Below, one piece after another: positions 9,998-17,502 of a stretch of DNA of 64,000 bases (its first letter is position 1; every line of letters begins with the position of its first letter). Under the pieces are notes generated by a model. That model made no database searches, was not told where the DNA came from, and was given only the letters and a program-made list of their open reading frames with translations. Source of the DNA: Clostridiales bacterium (GTDB taxonomy: Bacteria; Bacillota; Dehalobacteriia; UBA7702); NCBI GenBank assembly GCA_036644995.1, contig JAVXOZ010000005.1, positions 28,067 to 92,066 of the forward strand, written 5' to 3'. A program made the translations under genes and the position numbers.

Positions 9998-10501
9998 TTA
10001 TTTGCGTTTTCTCTCGATGGAGTTGTAGATTAGCCTTTCAAAATTTCGATTAAATTTTGTTATCCAAAATTCATTTTTATTGATGGGTTCAACCACAATG
10101 GTAAAAAAACCCATGAGGTTACCGCATAAAATATCCGTAATTAATTGATCCCCTATTAAGGCGGTTTCTTCAGGGGTGGCACCCAATAAAGCCATGGCTC
10201 TTTTTGCCCCGTTGGTTGTGGGTTTTTTAGAACGGGCAATAAAGGGGATACCCAGTTTTTCTGAAACCGGGGTTAATCTGGCTTCATTATTATTAGATAA
10301 AATTGCCATGGTAAAGCCCATTTCTTTGGTGGATTTAAACCATTCTATGGTGTGGTTGGTTAAACCTTGAGAATTATATGGAACTATGGTATTATCCACA
10401 TCAAAAAGTAAAAACTTAATTCCATTATTTTTTAAATTTTCCAAGGGTATTGCACTTAAATTTTTTGCCATTAAGTTCGGGGTAAACTTTTCCATTAACA
10501 T
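9998..10501 (-). CDS. yqeG: YqeG-family HAD-IIIA phosphatase
   Basis: LLFDVDNTIV motif and YqeG-like length and sequence. Confidence 0.75.
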   Translation of the reverse strand: MLMEKFTPNLMAKNLSAIPLENLKNNGIKFLLFDVDNTIVPYNSQGLTNHTIEWFKSTKEMGFTMAILSNNNEARLTPVSEKLGIPFIARSKKPTTNGAKRAMALLGATPEETALIGDQLITDILCGNLMGFFTIVVEPINKNEFWITKFNRNFERLIYNSIERKRK

Positions 10502-10643
10502 ACCTCATCAGTTTCGTAATTTATCTTTATTTGTAGATTTACTGTAGCTTAACACTATTAATTATACTTTAACACTATGTATTATACATGAATTAACTTT
10601 GGCTTTCAATGGATTTTCACCGTGTTATATCATATAATTTAAC

Positions 10644-10684
10644 GAAAAAAAAAGAAGTTAGTCGAAATAACTTTCCACTAACTT
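10644..10684 (-). terminator. intrinsic terminator downstream of the HAD gene
   Basis: On the minus strand, 8-bp stem AAGTTAGT/ACTAACTT followed by C T9. Confidence 0.6.
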
Positions 10685-10838
10685 AACTTGGGTAAATATA
10701 GGTTTTAATTTTAAAATTTACACCTTGGTATAAGCTGATTTTGGGGTTTTAAAACGGCTACTTTTCTTTGTTAAGCTAAGGGATTTAAGGACTTTAAACC
10801 CAAGAATTTTCGCCGTTAAGGGAGTTTATTTTGGGGTT

Positions 10839-11519
10839 TTAAATTAGCTCAAAAATCTCATTTAAGTCACTTATCACATAATTGGGAATAATCTCAGATT
10901 CCTGTTTTTTGGGGATAGGGGAAAAAAGGCAGGTTGCCATACCGGCGTTTATACCGCCTTTAATATCGGTATTTAAGGCATCGCCTATTACCAAAGCTTT
11001 GGCGGGGTTAAACCCCTTAATGCTGGCTTTTACATAATTAAAAAACTCCGATGAGGGCTTTTGTGCACCAATTTTAGCGGAATAAAAGCAATCCTCAAAA
11101 AAATTGTATAAACCTGCCTTTATTAAGCGGCTTTTTTGGGTAATTTCCAAGCCATTGGTTATTACAAAGAGGCGGTGAGTTTTGCTTAATTTTTCACATA
11201 CAGATAAGGCATTTTTCATAGGCACAGCCACTTCATTAAGGCATTTTCTGTATATTTTTTCCCACTCCGCACCATCTACTGTTTCACCTAATGCTGCAAA
11301 AGTTTTGGTAAATCTGGTGTTTAAAACCGTATCTAAAGATATTTTTTCCTGCTCCAATTCACACCATAAGACTTTATTTATTTTATCGTAAGTTGTAAAA
11401 ATTTCTTTGGTATAGGGGCGGTTTTTTTCCTTTAGCAGATTTTTAAAAGCAGCCTCCTCCGAGGCTTTAAAATCCAACAATGTTTCATCTATATCAAATA
11501 ATAATATACTGTATTTCAT
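10839..11519 (-). CDS. HAD family hydrolase (YjjG-like nucleotidase)
   Basis: 226 aa with DIDETLLDF motif I and GDALNTDIKGG motif IV. Confidence 0.7.
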   Translation of the reverse strand: MKYSILLFDIDETLLDFKASEEAAFKNLLKEKNRPYTKEIFTTYDKINKVLWCELEQEKISLDTVLNTRFTKTFAALGETVDGAEWEKIYRKCLNEVAVPMKNALSVCEKLSKTHRLFVITNGLEITQKSRLIKAGLYNFFEDCFYSAKIGAQKPSSEFFNYVKASIKGFNPAKALVIGDALNTDIKGGINAGMATCLFSPIPKKQESEIIPNYVISDLNEIFELI

Positions 11520-11592
11520 CTTTTACTCCTTATTTACATTATATAGCATAAATACAATTTTTCAAATCCGTAAAAGTGGGTTTAAAATATAA

Positions 11593-11618
11593 AACCAAGG
11601 CTTTTTAAAGCCTTGGTT
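11593..11618 (-). terminator. intrinsic terminator closing structured element copy A
   Basis: 10-bp stem AACCAAGGCT/AGCCTTGGTT, followed by TTTTATATTTT on the minus strand. Confidence 0.75.
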
Positions 11619-11619
11619 A

Positions 11620-11756
11620 GAAGATGTCAGGTTGTTAAGAAAGCCTTAGATTCGGTAAAAACCCCTGAATAGCGACTGTGCAGTGTACATAGATGTACAT
11701 AAGCAGTGGGTGGAAAGTGATTTTGCCGAATATCAAACTTTATCTACAGCCTAACT
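11620..11756 (-). repeat. rod-like structured intergenic element, copy A
   Basis: About 87% identical over ~134 nt to 41775..41906 by hand alignment. Long imperfect terminal inverted repeats, central TGTACA hairpin, no conserved ORF. Confidence 0.8.
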
Positions 11757-11820
11757 GTTATTTCTATAAAATACAGAAAGCACATAATTTAACCACGTTA
11801 AAATGGTTGGATAATTTAGA

Positions 11821-11963
11821 CACGGAAATTTATCCACGGGGTTATAGCCACGGAGTTATCGCCACGGAAATTTAGCCACGGGGTTATAGCCACGGAGTTT
11901 TATCCACGGAGTTTTAGTCACGAGGTTATCGCCACGGGGTTTTATCCACGGGGTTTTAGTCAC
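11821..11963. repeat. degenerate tandem array, about 11 units of 13-14 nt
   Basis: Unit CCACGGRRTTWTMG repeated head to tail, directly 3' of the scfB stop codon. Confidence 0.9.
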
Positions 11964-11968
11964 ATATC

Positions 11969-13339
11969 TTACTCACTTTCAGCCACTTGCACCATAATGG
12001 CACATTCCATACGCTTGCGAAACAGCTCACAGCCATATTCATAAATACCGCTTATGCTCCCTGTGGCATGGTAGGCATTGGCAGGGCAGCCACCGGAACA
12101 ATATAGCCTTGCCCAGCAATCCCCGCACTCCTTACGGGCATATACATTGCACATTTTAAATTCATCACGCAGCTTTGTATTGGTTACCCCATCCCAAATA
12201 TTACCCAAGCTGTACTTGGGGTCATCTACAAATTGATGGCAGGGAAAAAGCTCACCCCAAGGTGTAACCGCCATGTATTCCGTGCCGGAACCACACCCGG
12301 AAATCCGTTTATAAATACAGGGGCCTTGGGTTAAATCTATCATATAATGGTAAAAAGTGAAGCCTTCACCTTTTTTATTGCGTTTTATCATCTCTTTGGC
12401 TAAAATTTCATATTGATTAAAAAGCTCGGGCAAATCCTCAGCTGTTAAAGCATAGGGGTCTTTGGGGTCACAAACCACAGGCTCCATGCTTAATTCCTTA
12501 AAGCCCAAATCCGCCATGTGAAAAATATCATTGGTAAAATCCACATTATTGTGGGTAAAAGTGCCACGCACATAGTAATCCTTACCTTTACGGCGGCGTA
12601 CCAGTTCCTGAAATTTGGGCACAATAGTATCGTAGCTGCCCTTACCTGCAATATTTTTACGCAAATGGTCGTGAACAGATTTTCTGCCATCTAAACTTAA
12701 AACCACATTATGCATTTCTTTATTGGCAAAATCTATTACATCATCATCAATATTCACACCATTGGTGGTGAGGGTAAAGCGGAATTTTTTATCATATTTT
12801 TCTTCTTGATTTCTGCCATAATGCACTAAATCCTTTACCACTTGCCAATTCATCAAAGGTTCGCCGCCGAAAAAATCCACCTCTAAATTGGTGCGTTTTC
12901 CCGAATGCGCAATGAGAAAATCCAAAGCCTGCTTTCCCACATCCAAGGACATAATGCTGCGTTCCCCTTTATATTTGCCTTGACTGGCAAAGCAATATTC
13001 ACAATTTAAATTGCAAGTATGGGCAACATGTAAACAAAGAGCCTTAACCACTGTGCTTCTGTTTTTAAAATCAAAGGCTTTATCTTCATAGGTATCCCCC
13101 ACAAAAAGCTTGCCCTGGTTTTTTAATTCCGCTATATCATCCAAGCATTCCCCAATTTCAGCGGCGGTAATATCGGGATTATCTTGGTATTTATCTAAAA
13201 TTTGGGCAGTTATTTCTTGGGGGGATGTGGTTTGGTATTTAGCAATAATATCGTAAGCCACTTCATCCACAACGTGAACTGCACCGCTGTTAATATCCAA
13301 AACTATATTGTAGCCATTTAATTTATATTGATGAATCAT
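11969..13339 (-). CDS. scfB: radical SAM/SPASM thioether-forming SCIFF peptide maturase
   Basis: 456 aa with CNLNCEYC radical SAM cluster and a C-terminal SPASM Cys pattern. The SCIFF precursor gene lies immediately upstream. Confidence 0.85.
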   Translation of the reverse strand: MIHQYKLNGYNIVLDINSGAVHVVDEVAYDIIAKYQTTSPQEITAQILDKYQDNPDITAAEIGECLDDIAELKNQGKLFVGDTYEDKAFDFKNRSTVVKALCLHVAHTCNLNCEYCFASQGKYKGERSIMSLDVGKQALDFLIAHSGKRTNLEVDFFGGEPLMNWQVVKDLVHYGRNQEEKYDKKFRFTLTTNGVNIDDDVIDFANKEMHNVVLSLDGRKSVHDHLRKNIAGKGSYDTIVPKFQELVRRRKGKDYYVRGTFTHNNVDFTNDIFHMADLGFKELSMEPVVCDPKDPYALTAEDLPELFNQYEILAKEMIKRNKKGEGFTFYHYMIDLTQGPCIYKRISGCGSGTEYMAVTPWGELFPCHQFVDDPKYSLGNIWDGVTNTKLRDEFKMCNVYARKECGDCWARLYCSGGCPANAYHATGSISGIYEYGCELFRKRMECAIMVQVAESE

Positions 13340-13360
13340 TAATTTTCCTCATTTCTCCAT

Positions 13361-13424
13361 GGGTTTAGGTGGGATTTTATTGGGTTTAGGTTGGATTTTG
13401 TTTGGTTTAAATCAGATTTTGTTT
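13361..13424. repeat. three tandem units of about 21 nt between scfA and scfB
   Basis: GGGTTTAGGTGGGATTTTATT, GGGTTTAGGTTGGATTTTGTTT and GGTTTAAATCAGATTTTGTTT. Confidence 0.8.
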
Positions 13425-13475
13425 AACTGTGATAAATTTTAGATTTTTGGGGATTTCTTGGTATTTTCCATGAAA

Positions 13476-13514
13476 ATTGCCGCTTGCCCACACTTTGGCG
13501 GAACAGGCGGCAAT
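13476..13514 (-). terminator. terminator-like attenuator hairpin just after the SCIFF stop
   Basis: 8-bp stem ATTGCCGC/GCGGCAAT followed by TTTTC on the minus strand, about 27 nt after the scfA stop. Confidence 0.55.
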
Positions 13515-13540
13515 ATTTTAGCAAAATATTCTGCTCTTTA

Positions 13541-13684
13541 TTATTTGGAGCTTTCACATTTTTGGTTGGCAACGCCGCAAGAAGTTTTGCAAGCTGATTG
13601 GCAAGAGGTTTGGCATTCGCCACAGCCGCCGTTTTCAACGCTTTTTGCTAAATCACGAGTATCAAGAGTTTTAATTCTTTTCAT
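13541..13684 (-). CDS. scfA: six-cysteine SCIFF ribosomal peptide precursor (47 aa)
   Basis: Hand translation gives MKRIKTLDTRDLAKSVENGGCGECQTSCQSACKTSCGVANQKCESSK. This is the classic SCIFF GGCGECQTSCQSACKTSC core. It is too short for the ORF track. Confidence 0.9.
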   Translation of the reverse strand: MKRIKTLDTRDLAKSVENGGCGECQTSCQSACKTSCGVANQKCESSK

Positions 13685-13765
13685 TTTTCAATCTCCCTTA
13701 ACCATATTATTACTAATAATATACACTAAATTTTTACTTATGTAAATACGTTTTACTATAATTTG

Positions 13766-15214
13766 CTATTTTTTCAACACTCTCATCCGTGGCAAGGAGC
13801 CACCCATGCTACATTTTAAATTAACACCTTGTAAAGTTAAGTTCACTGCGGCATCAATAAAGTTTTGGGTAACACGCTCACCCGGGGTAATTAAGGGTAT
13901 GCCCGGAGGATATGCCCAAACATAATCCGCTGCTGTTTCATTTAGAGTTTGGTTAATATCTAAAATTACATATTCGCTGTTTAATACCTGGGTAACACCG
14001 TAATCACGAGGGGGGATATAAAACAGGGAATAGGGGTCAGGGGCGGAATCCTCAAAAGTTAAGGTTTGGTCTATGGCGCATATTGCCTCACCCAAGCGGT
14101 GCAAAGAATCCTTGGTATCCCCCAAGCCTGTCATGGCGATGGCGTGGGAGCCTGCTGTGGTTTCCAGTTCTATTTGATAATCATTAAGGAGTATTTTTCC
14201 TAATTGACACGCATTAATATTGGTGTTTATGGTGGAAATAACAATTTTAGAAGGGTCGAACCTAAAAATATCCTCATGATTTACAAAATAATCCGCACCG
14301 TACATAAAGATACGCAAATTTTTCAATTTTTTTACCTGTAAATTAAAAGCACTGAGGGCATCTTCCCAATTTGCAAATAAAACCGCAGATTTAGCTTCTA
14401 ACAATTCCACGCATTGGTCTATGGAAGCCATTAACAAATATGAAGGGCTGCTGGTTTCAAAAATATTCAGTTGGCGGCGAAATTTAGCACTATCCACCAA
14501 AACACCGTTTAAATGGGCAATGGCGGTTTGAGTTAAAGATGGCAATGTTTTATGCAAACTTTGCACCACAATATCGGCACCTGCTGCCACAGCACCACCT
14601 AAAAACATAGGGGAAAAGCCCAAATGGGCGCCGTGTGCCTCATCCACCATTAGGGGAATCCATTGCTCGTGGGCAATTTCCGCAATATATGGTAAATCAC
14701 TTATAACCCCTTCATAAGTTGGGCTGGTAATAACCACCAATTTTGCTTTGGGGTGTTGGGCGATTGCACTTTTTACATCTTTTGGCCTGATGGAAGCCGC
14801 AATGCCATATTTTTCATCCACAGGTGGTGTAATAAAAGTGGGTTTTAACCCAAAAAGTTCAATGGCATGATATACGGATTTGTGGCAATTTCTGGCAACT
14901 ATAATTTCATCACCATATTTAGTAGCCCCGGCTATACCTGCCAAAATACCACAAGTGCTGCCATTAACCAAAAAATATGCTTCCTCGCTACGCCAAATAT
15001 CCGCACAGTGCTCCATGGCATTTGCTAAAATTGCCTTGGCATCGTGTAAATCATCAAAACCTGATATTTCCGTAATATCTAAATTTGCACCCAAATCTTT
15101 AAGATATTTTGCCATGGTGGTATTGCGTTTATGCCCAGGCATGTGCATTGGCAACACATTTTTACGGCTATATTTTTTTAAAGCCTTAAAAAGGTTTTTA
15201 TCTTCATCTGCCAT
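13766..15214 (-). CDS. Orn/Lys/Arg decarboxylase family PLP enzyme
   Basis: 482 aa with HMPGHK and SLHKTLPSLTQ (PLP lysine) motifs. Confidence 0.8.
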   Translation of the reverse strand: MADEDKNLFKALKKYSRKNVLPMHMPGHKRNTTMAKYLKDLGANLDITEISGFDDLHDAKAILANAMEHCADIWRSEEAYFLVNGSTCGILAGIAGATKYGDEIIVARNCHKSVYHAIELFGLKPTFITPPVDEKYGIAASIRPKDVKSAIAQHPKAKLVVITSPTYEGVISDLPYIAEIAHEQWIPLMVDEAHGAHLGFSPMFLGGAVAAGADIVVQSLHKTLPSLTQTAIAHLNGVLVDSAKFRRQLNIFETSSPSYLLMASIDQCVELLEAKSAVLFANWEDALSAFNLQVKKLKNLRIFMYGADYFVNHEDIFRFDPSKIVISTINTNINACQLGKILLNDYQIELETTAGSHAIAMTGLGDTKDSLHRLGEAICAIDQTLTFEDSAPDPYSLFYIPPRDYGVTQVLNSEYVILDINQTLNETAADYVWAYPPGIPLITPGERVTQNFIDAAVNLTLQGVNLKCSMGGSLPRMRVLKK

Positions 15215-15365
15215 ATTTCATCCTTCATCTTCTACTCATTAAAATCTCTCTCTCATTTCAACTCTTTCCCATCCATTATAATTTCTCCATTAAAAATTAT
15301 GCAAAAAAGCAGGTCGCAAATGAATTAAATCTGCAATCTACTTATTTGTAAAAATTATTTTACCT

Positions 15366-16811
15366 TCATTCCGGGTGTATATTTATCTCATGTCCGCAAA
15401 TTTCCGTTTCTTTCAGTAAAATGGATTTTCCCGTTTCCTTTGCCCATTTGGCATCTAATTTATTATGTTTGATATATCTAATTATTTGAGAATCCGCATC
15501 AACAATTATGGTGTTGGAATTTGTTTGTTTTGCCTGTTTACACACTTCATGGCGTATTTGAATACAGGTCATAGAGTGGTTAAAAGCCCTGCCTCTGCCA
15601 TCGCAAAAGCTACATTCCTTGTCCATCATTTGGTTAATGCCATGGCCTGTTTTTTTACGTGTCATTTCCAAAAGACCAAGCTGGGTTAAACCTAAAATAT
15701 TGGTTTTAACTCTATCTTTTTTTAATTCCTCTGCCAAGGCATTAATTACCCGTTCTCTATCTTCAATTTTTTCCATATCAATAAAGTCTATTATAATTAT
15801 ACCGCCGATATTACGCAATCGTATTTGCCGCACAATTTCTTGAACAGCCTCTAAATTGGCGTTTAGCACCGTATCTTCTAAATTGGTAGTACCAACATAT
15901 TTCCCGGTATTAACATCAATGGCGGTTAATGCTTCGGTATTATCAATGATTATATGCCCACCGTTTTTCAGCCATGCTTTGCGTTTGCTGGCTTTTTTAA
16001 TTTCGTTTACCAAATCGTATTGTTCAAAAACTTCCATCATATCCTGAACCACAACACGTTTTTTGTAATCTCCGGATAAAAACTGCAAGCTCTCCATTGC
16101 TGCATTATAGGTTTCTTCACTATTTACAATAATTTTGCTAACATCATCGGTAACTTGGTCACGCATTATGCTGGCAAGTAGGTTTAAATCCTTATAAATT
16201 AATTTGCCGCCACCGGAGTGCACGCTTTTATTTACTATTTTGCCCCAAACACCTTTAAGCCATTTTAAATCTGCAAGTAATTCTTCTTCCCCTGCTCCTT
16301 GTGCCACAGTGCGCACAATAACACCCATGCCACGGGGGCATATTTTTTCCGCCATGGTCATTAAGCGTTCACGCTCGGTTTCATCTTCAATGCGCCGAGA
16401 TATCCCAACATAGGAAACAGTGGGCATTAAAACAAGGTAGCGACCAGCCAAGGTTAGGTGGGTAGTTACCCGAGCACCTTTTGAGGGGGTTGGCTCTTTA
16501 ACTATTTGGATTAAAAGCTCCTGATTTTTTTTCAAAAGGTCGCTAATTTCCACTTCTATTTCTTCTTCTTGTTCTTCGGTAGCTTTGGGCAAAACCTCTC
16601 TGATATACAAAAAGCTATTTTTGCCCAAGCCAATATCCACAAAGGCGGCTTGCATTCCCGGGAGCACATTTTCCACCACGCCTTTATAAATATTACCTGT
16701 AAGCCGTTCTTCATCGGCTCTATCAATATATAATTCCACTAAGCGATGGTCTTCCATTACCGCTACCATGGTTTCGTCATCTTCTGCTCTGATAATGATT
16801 TCTTTTTTCAT
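15366..16811 (-). CDS. rng: Rne/Rng family ribonuclease (RNase G-like)
   Basis: 481 aa with an S1 domain plus an RNase E/G catalytic core. Confidence 0.85.
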   Translation of the reverse strand: MKKEIIIRAEDDETMVAVMEDHRLVELYIDRADEERLTGNIYKGVVENVLPGMQAAFVDIGLGKNSFLYIREVLPKATEEQEEEIEVEISDLLKKNQELLIQIVKEPTPSKGARVTTHLTLAGRYLVLMPTVSYVGISRRIEDETERERLMTMAEKICPRGMGVIVRTVAQGAGEEELLADLKWLKGVWGKIVNKSVHSGGGKLIYKDLNLLASIMRDQVTDDVSKIIVNSEETYNAAMESLQFLSGDYKKRVVVQDMMEVFEQYDLVNEIKKASKRKAWLKNGGHIIIDNTEALTAIDVNTGKYVGTTNLEDTVLNANLEAVQEIVRQIRLRNIGGIIIIDFIDMEKIEDRERVINALAEELKKDRVKTNILGLTQLGLLEMTRKKTGHGINQMMDKECSFCDGRGRAFNHSMTCIQIRHEVCKQAKQTNSNTIIVDADSQIIRYIKHNKLDAKWAKETGKSILLKETEICGHEINIHPE

Positions 16812-16851
16812 TATACTTCCTCTCGCTCATATGCCCTTGAAATTTTTATAA

Positions 16852-17502
16852 TTAAGGGTTGCTATGACGGTTGGCTTCACGGATGTATAAACCCAGCCGT
16901 TGAATTTTTATATCACTTATTATATCCCAATAACCCAGAACTGTCAAAAGTTCTTCAGGGCGCATTGAGCCTTTTGGCCCTGTTTTTACGGAAATAAGCA
17001 GTGCTTTATCCTTTATCTCTAAATCATAAACAAAGGAACGCAAATCCAGTTCTTTATCCTTTTTAGGACTATGACGCAGGTACGGCACGGTTTCCTGTGC
17101 CAAAAATTCTGTAATTTTTTCCTGAATATCCAAAGGTAAACCCTGTTGAAAATTTATTTTATAAACTGCTTCATTAATAATGGCTTCCAACAATTTAGCA
17201 CCACGTGGCAGTTCTCGGAGATTTAACACCCTAACTTCCAAAGGTAAAACCCCGTTTAAGGTTTTCATTAGCTCATCACCATCTAAAGCTGTGGTAAATT
17301 CCATATCCAAATATTCACCAAAGCCCTCAATACCCACGCCTTTGGCAGGGCCTAAAGATAATTTGGGACGAGGGTTAAAACCTTGACTCCAAGCTATGGG
17401 CAATTTTGAGCGCAGCAAGGCTCTTTGCCACATCCGCATCATTTCTAAATGAGATAAAAAAGCCATGTGGCCTTTAACTTCGTAATTTATTCTGAATCCC
17501 AC
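16852..17502 (-). CDS. TIGR03936 family radical SAM-associated protein (DUF2344)
   Basis: Start set at GTG 17502, 9 nt after AAAGGAGGG. FLSHLEMMRMWQRALLRS is family-typical. Confidence 0.75.
   Translation of the reverse strand: MGFRINYEVKGHMAFLSHLEMMRMWQRALLRSKLPIAWSQGFNPRPKLSLGPAKGVGIEGFGEYLDMEFTTALDGDELMKTLNGVLPLEVRVLNLRELPRGAKLLEAIINEAVYKINFQQGLPLDIQEKITEFLAQETVPYLRHSPKKDKELDLRSFVYDLEIKDKALLISVKTGPKGSMRPEELLTVLGYWDIISDIKIQRLGLYIREANRHSNP

Noticed and set aside
11620-11756. The rod element as a small protein, toxin gene or IS element
   Set aside because: The only ATG-initiated frames (e.g. the 60-aa ORF 11693..11875 on plus, and a 21-codon frame on minus) are broken by stop codons in copy B. 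No transposase or other ORF is associated with any copy.
13423-13638. Track ORF 13423..13638 (-), 71 aa
   Set aside because: It is the wrong frame over the SCIFF locus. The +1 frame starting at 13684 gives the canonical SCIFF peptide with a proper stop at 13541.
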